Source: an uncultured Bacteroidia bacterium
GTDB lineage: Bacteria > Bacteroidota > Bacteroidia > Bacteroidales > UBA932
NCBI GenBank assembly: GCA_902782225.1
Contig: CACZMF010000011.1
Span: 3,127-67,126 of the forward strand
Direction: 5' to 3'
Length of the DNA: 64,000 bases
The notes under the pieces were generated by a model. That model made no database searches and was not told the DNA's origin. It saw nothing but the letters and a program-made list of their open reading frames with translations. Both the position numbers and the translations under genes were made by a program. The stretch's first letter is position 1; each line of letters begins with the position of its first letter. This document shows positions 27,715 to 36,352 of this stretch, piece after piece.

Positions 27715-28856
27715 AGAAGGAGCGATTCCGGAAGGGGGCGGCAGTTGTAGCGGGAGGCCATGGATTCACCGTAGGCGCCTGCGGAGCGCAGGGCGATGAA
27801 GTCGCCGCGGCTGCAGCGGTTCAGCACCACGCCCTTTCCGAACACGTCGGAACTCTCGCACACGGGGCCGACCACGTCGTATTTCTCTTCCGGCCCGTCG
27901 GAGGAGAGGTTCTCGATGCGGTGCCAGGCGTGGTAGAGCGCCGGGCGCAGAAGTTCGGTCATGCTGGCATCCAGGATGGCGAACTGCTTGTGGAGGCCGT
28001 CCTTGACATACAGCACCCTGGAGATCAGGGTGCCGCAGGGGGCCACTATGCTGCGTCCGGGCTCGAAATGCACGGGGCACTTGCAGTCCAGGTGGCGCTT
28101 GAACACGTCGAAGTAGGACCTGAAATCGGCCACGGGCAGGTGGTTGGGATGCTCGTAGTCTATGCCCAGGCCGCCGCCCACGTTGATGTCCTGCAGCCTG
28201 ATGCCCATCAATTCCAGCTTTTCAGTGCACTCGTTGATGCGGTTGCACAGCGACACGAAGTCGCTCATGTCCAGGATCTGCGAGCCGATATGGAAATGCA
28301 GGCCGCGGAAATCCAGGCCCGGGAGCCTCTGCGCAAGGGCGATGGCTTCCGGCAGCACGGAGTGGTGGATGCCGAACTTGTTTTCGGCGAGTCCCGTGGT
28401 GATGTTGGCGTGGGTGTGGGCTCCCACGTCGGGGTTGACGCGTATGCTGACGGGAGCGCGGCGGCCGGCGGCAAGCGCCAGTTCGCTGATCACCATCATC
28501 TCGGCGGTGGATTCCACGTTGAAGCGGCCTATCCCGGCGTCGAGGCCGAGCTGAATCTCGTCGTCCCGCTTGCCAACGCCTGCGAACACGATGGATTCCG
28601 GCCTGAAACCGGCTGCAAGTGCGGCGCTGACCTCCCCTCCGCTGACGCAGTCCGCCCCCAGGCCGGCATCGGCGATGATGCGCAGGATGTCCGGGTTGGC
28701 ATTAGCCTTCACGGCGTAGTGGACCTGCCACGAGGGACGGTCGGCAATCTGCCGTTTCACCTCTTCGATGGTCTGCTGCAGCAGGGTGGTGTCGTAGAAG
28801 TAGAACGGAGTCCGTCTGTCCTTGAACAGTCCGAGCGGATAATTCCCCTTAATCAT
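27711..28856 (-). CDS. lysA: Diaminopimelate decarboxylase
   Basis: 381 aa. PLP-lysine motif HYAVKANANPDIL. Further motifs GADCVSGGE, HFHIGSQ, INVGGGLGIDY, CESSD. Start overlaps the lysC stop by 8 nt. Confidence 0.9.
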   Translation of the reverse strand: MIKGNYPLGLFKDRRTPFYFYDTTLLQQTIEEVKRQIADRPSWQVHYAVKANANPDILRIIADAGLGADCVSGGEVSAALAAGFRPESIVFAGVGKRDDEIQLGLDAGIGRFNVESTAEMMVISELALAAGRRAPVSIRVNPDVGAHTHANITTGLAENKFGIHHSVLPEAIALAQRLPGLDFRGLHFHIGSQILDMSDFVSLCNRINECTEKLELMGIRLQDINVGGGLGIDYEHPNHLPVADFRSYFDVFKRHLDCKCPVHFEPGRSIVAPCGTLISRVLYVKDGLHKQFAILDASMTELLRPALYHAWHRIENLSSDGPEEKYDVVGPVCESSDVFGKGVVLNRCSRGDFIALRSAGAYGESMASRYNCRPLPESLLL

Positions 28857-30168
28857 TGCTGAAAAGCTTGTCGCTGAGGGCGAGGAGCGTTGCCGCCTTG
28901 TCTTCTTCCCGCACCAGGAATGATATGTTGTAGTTGCTTCCTCCGTAGGAAACCATGCGCACGGGGATGTCTTTCAGGGCGTCCAGGACGCGGGATTCGT
29001 AGCCGCGGTTGTTCCAGTCCATGTCGCCCACCACGCAGATGATGCACATATCGAGGTCTACGCTCACGGTGCCGTACTTCTTGAGGTCGTGCACTATCTC
29101 GTTGAGGTAGCGGGTGTCGTCGATGGTCAGTGACACGCCCACCTCGGAGGTGCAGATCATATCGATAGGGGTGCGGTAGCTTTCGAAGATTTCGAAAACC
29201 TTGCGAAGGAACCCGTGGGCGAGGAGCATGCGGGACGATTTTATCTTGATCGCTGCGATGTTGTCCTTGGCGGCGACTGCCTTGATCGCTCCGGCGTCGG
29301 CCCTGTTGTCGATGAGGGTGCCGGGGGCCTGAGGGTCCATGGTGTTGAGAAGGCGCACGGGCACGTTGGCGTAGCGGGCCGGCAGTATGCAGGTGGGATG
29401 CAGTATCTTGGCGCCGAAGTAAGCCAGCTCGGCGGCCTCTTCGAAATGGAGGTGACGCACGGCCGAGGTGCCCTTGACTATGCGGGGATCGTTGTTGTGG
29501 AGGCCGTCGATGTCGGTCCATATCTGTATCTCTTCTGCCTGGATGGCGGCTCCGATGATGCAGGCGGTGTAGTCGGACCCGCCGCGCTTCAGGTTGTCGA
29601 TTTCTTCCCTGGCGTTGAGGCAGATAAAGCCCTGGGTCAGATAGAGATCGGCGTCGGGAGCTTCGTCAAGGAGTTTCCGGAGGGATGCCTTCACGGCGTC
29701 GGAGTCGGGCTCGCCGGATGCGTCTATTCGCATGAACGACAGGGCGGGGACGACCTGCACCCGCACGCCGAGTTCCTTGAGGAGGGTGGCCATCAGGAAG
29801 GACGACAGGAGTTCGCCCTGGGCGAGGATCATGCGCTCCTGAACGTCGGTGAAAAGCTCTTTCGTGCAAGCACTTATGCTGTCGAAGACCGACTCGCAGT
29901 ACTCTCTGGCTGCGGCTTTCGATTCTTCTTTGGCGTAGAGTTCGTCGATCACGCCGGCGTACTTTTTCTGCAGGCCGGAGATGGTGTCGCGCGCCCCTTC
30001 GAAATTCTGGTTGTAGAGGTATCCGGCGATTTCAACGAGAGAATTTGTGGTGCCTGACATGGCGGAAAGCACCACTATGTTCTTTCCCGCACCGCTGATG
30101 ATGGACGCAACGTCCCTGAAGCGCCTGGCGCTCCCCACGGACGTGCCCCCGAATTTTAGGACTTTCAT
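28849..30168 (-). CDS. lysC: Aspartate kinase
   Basis: Track ORF 28849..30243 trimmed to ATG 30168 (MKVLKFGGTSVG). Motifs VVLSAMSGTTNSL and IQIWTDIDGLHNNDPRIV, with ACT-like C-terminal repeats. Confidence 0.9.
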   Translation of the reverse strand: MKVLKFGGTSVGSARRFRDVASIISGAGKNIVVLSAMSGTTNSLVEIAGYLYNQNFEGARDTISGLQKKYAGVIDELYAKEESKAAAREYCESVFDSISACTKELFTDVQERMILAQGELLSSFLMATLLKELGVRVQVVPALSFMRIDASGEPDSDAVKASLRKLLDEAPDADLYLTQGFICLNAREEIDNLKRGGSDYTACIIGAAIQAEEIQIWTDIDGLHNNDPRIVKGTSAVRHLHFEEAAELAYFGAKILHPTCILPARYANVPVRLLNTMDPQAPGTLIDNRADAGAIKAVAAKDNIAAIKIKSSRMLLAHGFLRKVFEIFESYRTPIDMICTSEVGVSLTIDDTRYLNEIVHDLKKYGTVSVDLDMCIICVVGDMDWNNRGYESRVLDALKDIPVRMVSYGGSNYNISFLVREEDKAATLLALSDKLFSND

Positions 30169-30251
30169 ATGGAATCTGTTGTCAATTAGAGACTTCTGTC
30201 TCAAAAACCGCGCAATTATAGCGAATAATCTTGATTTAAGCAAGAAATGCT

Positions 30252-30259
30252 TATCTTTG
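30252..30259 (+). promoter_or_regulatory. -7 promoter box TATCTTTG
   Basis: Exact TAnnTTTG match 37 nt upstream of ATG 30296. Confidence 0.45.
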
Positions 30260-30295
30260 AGACACCTAAAAACAGAAGGACCAGTGAAAAAACAG

Positions 30296-31156
30296 ATGAA
30301 GAAAAAGACCCTTGCGGCGGCCGCAGTGCTCGTGGCGGGGGCTGTTTACTACCTGGCCGGCGGCCCCGGCACCGCTTCCGAGCCCCGGACCGACACCCCT
30401 GAACCGGCGACGGCCGAAGCCCCGGCATCCAAGACGAAAAGCAGTTCCGGCGCCACAGCAGCAGTCGGCCTGGAAATCCCCGCATCCGCAGGCGCGGGCC
30501 GTGTGGTGAAGCACGGCGCCTACGTGAGTTCCTACAACACCGAGACCCTCATTCCCGACTGGGTGGCTTATGAGCTCACGGCGGAGGAGGCCTCGGGCCG
30601 CAGGGGGCGCGACGGCGTAGAATTCAAGATGGACCCCGACCTTCGCGGCTGCACCCAGGCCATGCGGGAAGACTACTCCGGATCGGGCTGGACGAAAGGC
30701 CACCTGATGCCGGCAGCCGACGCCGCCACAAGTTCCTCCACTTTCGAGGAGACCTTTTATTTCACAAATATATGCCCCCAGAGCGAGGCCCTGAACGCCG
30801 GCGACTGGCAGTTCCTCGAGAAAAAGGTGCGCAGCTGGGCCAAGCGCTACGGCAGCATCTTCGTGGTCACCGGCCCCATCGTGGACCAGAACCGCTACGG
30901 CACTATCGGAGAGAGGGACGTGGTGGTGCCGGACGCTTTCTACAAGGCCCTCCTGGTCCGCCGCGACGACGGCTCCTACAGCTCCATCGCCTTCGTGATG
31001 GGCAACGACGATGACCGTTACTACCTGAAAGACTGCAAAATGACTGTCGATGAGCTGGAGAATCTGACCGGCTTCGACTTCTTCCCCGGCCTCGACGACA
31101 AAATCGAGGAAAAGGTGGAGAGCAAGATAAAGCTCTCCGACTGGGGGATAAAATAA
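30296..31156 (+). CDS. Secreted DNA/RNA non-specific endonuclease (NUC / His-Me finger family)
   Basis: Track ORF 30047..31156 trimmed to ATG 30296 (MKKKTLAAAAVLVAGAVYYL). Motifs IPDWVAYELT, GWTKGHLMPAAD, FYFTNICPQSEALNAGDW, VVTGPI. Confidence 0.85.
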   Translation: MKKKTLAAAAVLVAGAVYYLAGGPGTASEPRTDTPEPATAEAPASKTKSSSGATAAVGLEIPASAGAGRVVKHGAYVSSYNTETLIPDWVAYELTAEEASGRRGRDGVEFKMDPDLRGCTQAMREDYSGSGWTKGHLMPAADAATSSSTFEETFYFTNICPQSEALNAGDWQFLEKKVRSWAKRYGSIFVVTGPIVDQNRYGTIGERDVVVPDAFYKALLVRRDDGSYSSIAFVMGNDDDRYYLKDCKMTVDELENLTGFDFFPGLDDKIEEKVESKIKLSDWGIK

Positions 31157-31185
31157 AAAGGCTGACCGCGGTCAGCCTTTTTTAT
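31157..31185. terminator. Bidirectional rho-independent terminator
   Basis: AAAAA-GGCTGAC-CGC-GGTCAGCC-TTTTTT between convergent genes ending at 31156 (+) and 31201 (-). Confidence 0.8.
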
Positions 31186-31200
31186 GCTTGCCTAAGTCAA

Positions 31201-32232
31201 TTACTTGAGGATATTGACCTTGATCTTGCTGTAGTCGAACTTCAGGCTCTGGTTCTTGTTGAGCTTGGCGTTGGCAGATGCGGTGAGCTCGAACTCGAGA
31301 GTCACTTCCTCTATGGTGGAGGATGCCCTTGCGCCTTCAACGCTGATCACCACGTCGGTCTTCACGGGATTGGCGATGGTGCCGGCCTTGATGGGATTGT
31401 TGGTCTTGGCGGTCACTCCGTTCACAGCCTTGCCTGTGCAGGCGATGTCGAAAGGAATGGAGCTTGTCACGGAGCAGTAGATATCAAAGCTGTTGGCGTT
31501 GAGGTCGTAGTCGGCGAGGTTCAGGCCGAGGTCCCTGAGGGTGTGCTTGATGTAGATCTTCTGGCCTGCGTCGAAGTGGAACGGGATGCAGAGCTTGCCG
31601 CCGATCTTGAAGACGTAGGAATCGGCTGCGGCACGCTTGACGGCGCTCTTTGCCGCATCGCTGATTTCGATGTCGAGCTTGAGGGGGGCCGAAGGCTTCT
31701 TGTCGAGGATCTTGCCCAGGTCGGAAGAAGGAGCCACTACAGCGTCAACCCCGGTGGCTTCCTTGTTGGCATCCTTGGAGATGACCACCTTGTAGCCAGT
31801 TGTCTTGGCAGGGACGACCACGGTGAAGCTGGCATTCTCGCTGCCGACTGCAACATTGCCGGTGAACTTCACGGGCTTCTCTGCGGGGTTGTCGAAGGTG
31901 AGGAAGAGCTGGGACGGCTCTATGACGGCATCCTTGGCGATCTCGGGCATCTCGTCGATCTTTATCTGGAGGGAGCCTGCCTTGACGGAGCCGGATGAAG
32001 GGATAGTGATGGGAGAGGTCACGATGGATCCTTCGGCCTCACTTGTGAAAGCTATCTCACCGCTGTTTTGGGCGTCCAGATTCTTTTCATTCTGTATGCC
32101 GAGGAATTCGGTAGAACTAGACTGGGACTGCTTGTTGACGTCGACATCGACGCCGAAATTCTTGAGCCCCTCAATGCACGACACTGCACAGAATGCAATG
32201 GCGGAAATCAAAACGAATTTACCCAATTTCAT
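31201..32232 (-). CDS. Hypothetical lipoprotein (no family recognised)
   Basis: 343-aa ORF with lipobox FVLISAIAFCAVSC. Coding-like composition, with its own promoter box and terminator. Confidence 0.6.
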   Translation of the reverse strand: MKLGKFVLISAIAFCAVSCIEGLKNFGVDVDVNKQSQSSSTEFLGIQNEKNLDAQNSGEIAFTSEAEGSIVTSPITIPSSGSVKAGSLQIKIDEMPEIAKDAVIEPSQLFLTFDNPAEKPVKFTGNVAVGSENASFTVVVPAKTTGYKVVISKDANKEATGVDAVVAPSSDLGKILDKKPSAPLKLDIEISDAAKSAVKRAAADSYVFKIGGKLCIPFHFDAGQKIYIKHTLRDLGLNLADYDLNANSFDIYCSVTSSIPFDIACTGKAVNGVTAKTNNPIKAGTIANPVKTDVVISVEGARASSTIEEVTLEFELTASANAKLNKNQSLKFDYSKIKVNILK

Positions 32233-32257
32233 ATCGCAAAAAGTTTTTAGTTATGCA

Positions 32258-32265
32258 CAAATATA
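32258..32265 (-). promoter_or_regulatory. -7 promoter box TATATTTG (minus strand)
   Basis: Plus strand reads CAAATATA, 26 nt upstream of ATG 32232. Confidence 0.45.
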
Positions 32266-32317
32266 CATTTAATTTTGAAAAAGCGCCCCTCAAGGCCGTA
32301 AAAAAGGAACAAATTCT

Positions 32318-32325
32318 TAACTTTG
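32318..32325 (+). promoter_or_regulatory. -7 promoter box TAACTTTG
   Basis: Exact match 19 nt upstream of ATG 32344. It overlaps the track's TTG start at 32323. Confidence 0.5.
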
Positions 32326-32343
32326 CGTGCGAATTCGAGTGTA

Positions 32344-34701
32344 ATGACTATAGATAAACTTGCAATAGGCAGCACTGCCATAATAGATTCGATAGGCGGA
32401 GAAGGGGTCGGCAGGATGCATTTTCTGGATATGGGGCTCACCCCGGGCACCCCGGTGCAGGTGGTGTCCCGCGCCCCGCTCGGCGACCCGATTCAGATCC
32501 TTGTCCGGGGCTATGCACTGACACTGCGCAAGGAAGATGCCGCCGCCATCCTGCTGCGTCCCGGCGGGCCGGAAGCGTCCGAAGCCGAAGAGGCGGAACA
32601 GGGCGACGACGGCCGCAACGCCTACCTCCACGACCACAATGCCCACCCTGGCCTTGGCGAGGGCGGCAAATACCACTCCAAAGACCACGAAAACGCCCTC
32701 CCGAAAGGCACAGTGCTCACTTTTGCCCTCGCGGGCCAGCAGAACTGCGGCAAGACCACGCTCTTCAACGTGCTCACCGGATCCAGCCAGCACGTGGGCA
32801 ACTTCCCCGGCGTCACTGTGGACCGCAAGGAAGGCGTGATACGCGGCTACCCCGAGACCACGATAACCGACCTCCCGGGCATCTATTCCCTTTCCCCCTA
32901 CACGGCCGAAGAGGTCGTGTCCCGCGAATTCATACTCGACCCCGGCACCAGGGGCCTCATCAACATAGTCGATGCGTCCAACATCGAAAGACACCTCTAC
33001 CTGACCCTCCAGCTGATGGAACTCAACGTGCCTATGGTGCTGGCGCTCAACATGATGGATGAGGTGCGCGGCAACGGCGGCTCCATCCGCATCAACGAAA
33101 TGGAGCGCATCCTGGGCATACCTGTGGTGGGCATTTCCGCCGCCGCCAACGAAGGCATAGACGAACTCGTGGAGCATGCCGTCCACGTGGCCCGTTACCA
33201 GGAAGGTCCGGCGCGCAACGACTTCTGCGGCGAAGACGACAACGGCGGAGCCGTGCACAGGTGCCTCCACAGCGTGATGCACCTGGTGGAACGCCACGCC
33301 GCGCAGGCCCGCATCCCCGCCCGTTTCGCCGCCACCAAGCTCATCGAGGGCGACCCCCTCGTGGAGAAGGCGCTGAAACTCACCGAATCCGAGCGCTCCA
33401 CCATCGAAAGCATCATACGCACGATGGAGGAGGAGCGGGGCCTGGACAGGGCCGCCGCCATAGCCGACATGCGCTACACCTTCATCCAGAAGCTCTGCGC
33501 GCAGACCGTAGTGAAGCCCGGCAAGAGCAAGGAGTACATCCGCAGCCGCCGCATCGACAAGGTGCTGACCGGCCGCTGGACGGCGTTCCCCATCTTCGTG
33601 GCCATCATCGCGCTCGTGATCTGGCTCACCATCGACGTGATCGGAGCCCCCCTGCAGGGGCTGCTGGACGCGGGCATCGGGGCCGCCGGCGAGTGGGTCG
33701 GGGGCATGCTGGAAAGGTGGAACGTGAGCCCGGCGGTGCAGTCGCTGGTCGTGGACGCCGTGTTCAACGGAGTGGGCGCCGTGGTGAGTTTCGTGCCGGT
33801 GATCATAATCCTGTTCTTCTTCCTTTCGATGCTGGAGGACAGCGGTTATATGGCCCGTGTGGCTTATGTGACGGACAGTTTCCTGCGCAAGATTGGCCTT
33901 TCGGGGCGCAGTATCGTGCCTCTCCTCATAGGGCTGGGGTGCTCGGTGCCGGCCGTGATGGCCTCGCGCACGCTCCCTTCGGCCCGCGACCGCCGGAAGA
34001 CCATCCTGCTGACGCCTTTCATGAGCTGTTCGGCCAAGCTGCCCATCTACGCTTTCCTCAGCAGCGCGTTCTTCCCGGGGCACGGCGGGCTCGTGCTGGT
34101 GTGCCTGTACCTGCTGTCGATTTGCGTGGGCATAGTGGTGGCGCTCGTGGGCAAGTACGCCGGGGGCAAGTCGGAGGCGGCGCCTTTCGTGCTGGAACTG
34201 CCGAACTACCGCCTGCCGCAGCTGCGCAACGTCGGGCACCTGCTGTGGGACAAGACCAAGGACTTCCTGCAGAGGGCGTTTACGGTGATTTTCATAGCAA
34301 CGATATGCATCTGGTTCCTGCAGACCTTCGATTTCCGCTTCCGCATGGTCGAAGCGGGAGGAGACAGCATGCTGGCGTGGGTGGCGGGGCTGCTGGCTCC
34401 GCTGTTCGCTCCGCTCGGGCTCGGCGACTGGCGCGTGGTCACGGCGCTGATTTCCGGATTCCTCGCAAAGGAGAGTGTGGTGTCGTCGATGGAAGTGCTG
34501 GGCGTGCTGGGCACCCTGACAGCTGCTTCTGCGGTCTCGATGCTGGTGTTCTGCCTGCTGTATTCGCCCTGCGTGGCGGCTATCGCCTCTGTCAAGCGTG
34601 AGCTCGGGGGCAGGTGGGCCGCATTCGTGGTCGTGTTCCAGTGCCTGGTGGCCTGGGTGGTGGCTTTCGGCGCGTATCAACTCTCCCTGCTGATCCTATG
34701 A
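32344..34701 (+). CDS. feoB: Ferrous iron transporter FeoB with N-terminal FeoA domain (FeoAB fusion)
   Basis: FeoA-like segment LAIGSTAIIDSIGGEG..FLDMGLTPGTPVQVVSRAPLGDPIQILVRGYALTLRKEDA. G-domain motifs GQQNCGKTTLFN, DLPG, NMMD. Multi-TM C-terminal permease. Confidence 0.92.
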   Translation: MTIDKLAIGSTAIIDSIGGEGVGRMHFLDMGLTPGTPVQVVSRAPLGDPIQILVRGYALTLRKEDAAAILLRPGGPEASEAEEAEQGDDGRNAYLHDHNAHPGLGEGGKYHSKDHENALPKGTVLTFALAGQQNCGKTTLFNVLTGSSQHVGNFPGVTVDRKEGVIRGYPETTITDLPGIYSLSPYTAEEVVSREFILDPGTRGLINIVDASNIERHLYLTLQLMELNVPMVLALNMMDEVRGNGGSIRINEMERILGIPVVGISAAANEGIDELVEHAVHVARYQEGPARNDFCGEDDNGGAVHRCLHSVMHLVERHAAQARIPARFAATKLIEGDPLVEKALKLTESERSTIESIIRTMEEERGLDRAAAIADMRYTFIQKLCAQTVVKPGKSKEYIRSRRIDKVLTGRWTAFPIFVAIIALVIWLTIDVIGAPLQGLLDAGIGAAGEWVGGMLERWNVSPAVQSLVVDAVFNGVGAVVSFVPVIIILFFFLSMLEDSGYMARVAYVTDSFLRKIGLSGRSIVPLLIGLGCSVPAVMASRTLPSARDRRKTILLTPFMSCSAKLPIYAFLSSAFFPGHGGLVLVCLYLLSICVGIVVALVGKYAGGKSEAAPFVLELPNYRLPQLRNVGHLLWDKTKDFLQRAFTVIFIATICIWFLQTFDFRFRMVEAGGDSMLAWVAGLLAPLFAPLGLGDWRVVTALISGFLAKESVVSSMEVLGVLGTLTAASAVSMLVFCLLYSPCVAAIASVKRELGGRWAAFVVVFQCLVAWVVAFGAYQLSLLIL

Positions 34702-34838
34702 ATCTTGCAAGCTGGATAGTCCTGGGCGTGGTGCTCGCCGCTTTCGCGGGGTCCGTGGCTTTCCTTGTGCACCGCCGCCGCACCCGCGGCAGTTCAGCCT
34801 GCGAAGGCTGCGCCCTCCGCTCCCTCTGCCGGAAATAG
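34698..34838 (+). CDS. FeoB-associated Cys-rich small membrane protein
   Basis: 46 codons in an ATGA overlap with the feoB stop. One TM helix (WIVLGVVLAAFAGSVAFLV) followed by CEGCALRSLC. Hidden inside the longer track ORF 34614..34838. Confidence 0.7.
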   Translation: MNLASWIVLGVVLAAFAGSVAFLVHRRRTRGSSACEGCALRSLCRK

Positions 34839-34871
34839 CAGCCCTTCCCCCGCCGCGACCTTTCCCGCCTC

Positions 34872-34941
34872 GCCTCCCACCTTCTGCGACAGGACTGTCA
34901 GCGCCTCCCACCTTCTGCGACAGGACTGTCAGCGCCTCCCC
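34872..34941. repeat. 31-nt tandem repeat GCCTCCCACCTTCTGCGACAGGACTGTCAGC, about 2.3 copies
   Basis: Perfect copies at 34872-34902 and 34903-34933, then a partial third copy. Confidence 0.9.
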
Positions 34942-35011
34942 AATCCCGTTGCCTCACGGATACGCCCGCAGCGCTCACTCCCACCTTTGGAGTAGGTCTG
35001 GGCTCTCCGCG

Positions 35012-35193
35012 GCGCAGGTCCCAGCTCTTTTGGTGCAGGTCCGAAGCTAAGGTGGCGCAGGTCCGAAGCTAAAGTGGCGCAGGTCCGAAAAAGTATAGGG
35101 GACCTGCGCCGTTGGAATGTCGCAGAGCACTGTTTCGTGGCGCAAGTCCCACAGAGAAAAACAGACCTGCGCCAAAAGTGCTGGGACCTGCAC
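35012..35193. repeat. Array of G(C/T)GCAGGTCC motifs: four direct copies followed by inverted copies
   Basis: Direct copies at 35012, 35033, 35055 and 35077 (22-nt unit GGTGGCGCAGGTCCGAAGCTAA). Inverted GGACCTGC(G/A)C-type copies at 35100, 35163 and 35184. Degenerate direct copy at 35140. 35076-35110 forms a perfect 11-bp-stem hairpin. Confidence 0.85.
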
Positions 35194-35281
35194 CAAAGGG
35201 GAAAAGCTATTCCCTTCCTTTAGTTTCCGGGGACACTGATGGCTTGATTTGCGAACGGGAGTGGCCAGCCAGGCTATCCGG

Positions 35282-35363
35282 GGGGGCATATGAGGCCCGT
35301 TTAGGGCACGGGAAAGGCTGTCGGCGCCGTCCCGGGGGCATATGAGGCCCGTTCTGGGCACGG
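35282..35363. repeat. Two direct copies of a 30-nt unit GGGGGCATATGAGGCCCGTT(TA/CT)GGGCACGG
   Basis: Copies at 35282-35311 and 35334-35363 with 2 mismatches. Confidence 0.85.
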
Positions 35364-35401
35364 GGCACGGGGACGGAGGTCCGACTGGGAAAAGTCGGAA
35401 A

Positions 35402-35421
35402 GACTGATTTGGTAATCAGTC
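35402..35421 (-). terminator. Possible terminator hairpin downstream of psuG
   Basis: GACTGATT-TGGT-AATCAGTC (8-bp stem) lies 20 nt after the psuG stop. The minus-strand U-tract (TTTCC) is weak. A second hairpin CCGACT..AGTCGG sits at 35381-35398. Confidence 0.3.
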
Positions 35422-35440
35422 GGCGAAACAGTTTCGAAAA

Positions 35441-36352
35441 TCAGCCGGCTAGGCAGCGGGCGGTGGCGGCGGCCAGGCGGGCGTTGTTGAGCACCAGCTG
35501 GATGTTGGAGGCAAGGCTGTCGCCGCCGGTGATGTCCTTGATGCGGGCAAGCAGGAAAGGGGTCGTCTCCTTGCCGTGGATACCCTTCTCCGCGGCCTCG
35601 GCAATCGCCTGGTCGATGGCGGCGTTGATGCGGTCCGGATCCATCGAGTACTCCTCGGGGATGGGGTTGGTCACGAGCATCCCGCCGCGAAGGCCCATTT
35701 CCATCTTGGCCCTGAAGGCGGCGGCAAGTTCTTCGGGAGTGTCGATGCGATAGTCCACGCGAAAGCCGCTGCGGCGGGTGTAGAAAGCCGGCAGTTCCTC
35801 TGTGCCATAGCCGATTACGGGGACTCCCTTGGTCTCGAGATACTCCAGGGTAAGGCCCAGGTCGAGAATTGACTTGGCGCCGGCACAAATGACCATCACA
35901 GGAGTTTGCGCCAGTTCTTCGAGGTCGGCGGAGATATCCATAGTGGTCTCCGCCCCGCGATGCACGCCTCCGATGCCGCCGGTGGCGAACACCTTGATTC
36001 CGGCCATCGCGGCGATGATCATCGTGGTCGTGACGGTGGTCGCTCCGTCGGCGCCGCGGGCCACGAGCACCGGCAGGTCGCGCCGTGAGGCTTTCGCCAC
36101 GGCCCGTCCGCTCTTGCCCAGATGCTCTATCTCGTCGCGGCTCAGGCCAGCCTTGAGGCGGCCGCCGATGACGGCGATGGTCGCCGGCACGGCTCCGGCG
36201 TCGCGGATGGTCTGTTCCACTTTCAGTGCCGTTTCCACGTTCTGGGGATAGGGCATGCCGTGTGAAATTATGGTGGATTCGAGGGCTACGACGGGTCCGC
36301 CTGCAGCGAGCGCCGAGAGCACCTCGGGTGCTATATCGAGGTATTTATTCAT
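35441..36352 (-). CDS. psuG: Pseudouridine-5'-phosphate glycosidase
   Basis: 303 aa. N-terminus LDIAPEVLSALAAGGPVVALESTIISHGMPYPQN. Motifs GATTVTTTMIIA, FATGGIGGVHRG, DISADLEEL. Confidence 0.9.
   Translation of the reverse strand: MNKYLDIAPEVLSALAAGGPVVALESTIISHGMPYPQNVETALKVEQTIRDAGAVPATIAVIGGRLKAGLSRDEIEHLGKSGRAVAKASRRDLPVLVARGADGATTVTTTMIIAAMAGIKVFATGGIGGVHRGAETTMDISADLEELAQTPVMVICAGAKSILDLGLTLEYLETKGVPVIGYGTEELPAFYTRRSGFRVDYRIDTPEELAAAFRAKMEMGLRGGMLVTNPIPEEYSMDPDRINAAIDQAIAEAAEKGIHGKETTPFLLARIKDITGGDSLASNIQLVLNNARLAAATARCLAG

Noticed and set aside
30169-30295. Lysine riboswitch upstream of lysC
   Set aside because: The divergent spacer is only 127 nt and also hosts the promoter of the nuclease gene. 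That is too short for an L-box, and I saw no conserved L-box helices.
32317-34680. 787-aa minus-strand ORF spanning almost all of feoB
   Set aside because: It is an antisense shadow ORF typical of high-GC coding DNA. The product is a His/Arg/Gly/Ala-rich low-complexity string with no motifs. The + strand encodes canonical FeoA and FeoB motifs (GQQNCGKTTLFN, DLPG, NMMD).
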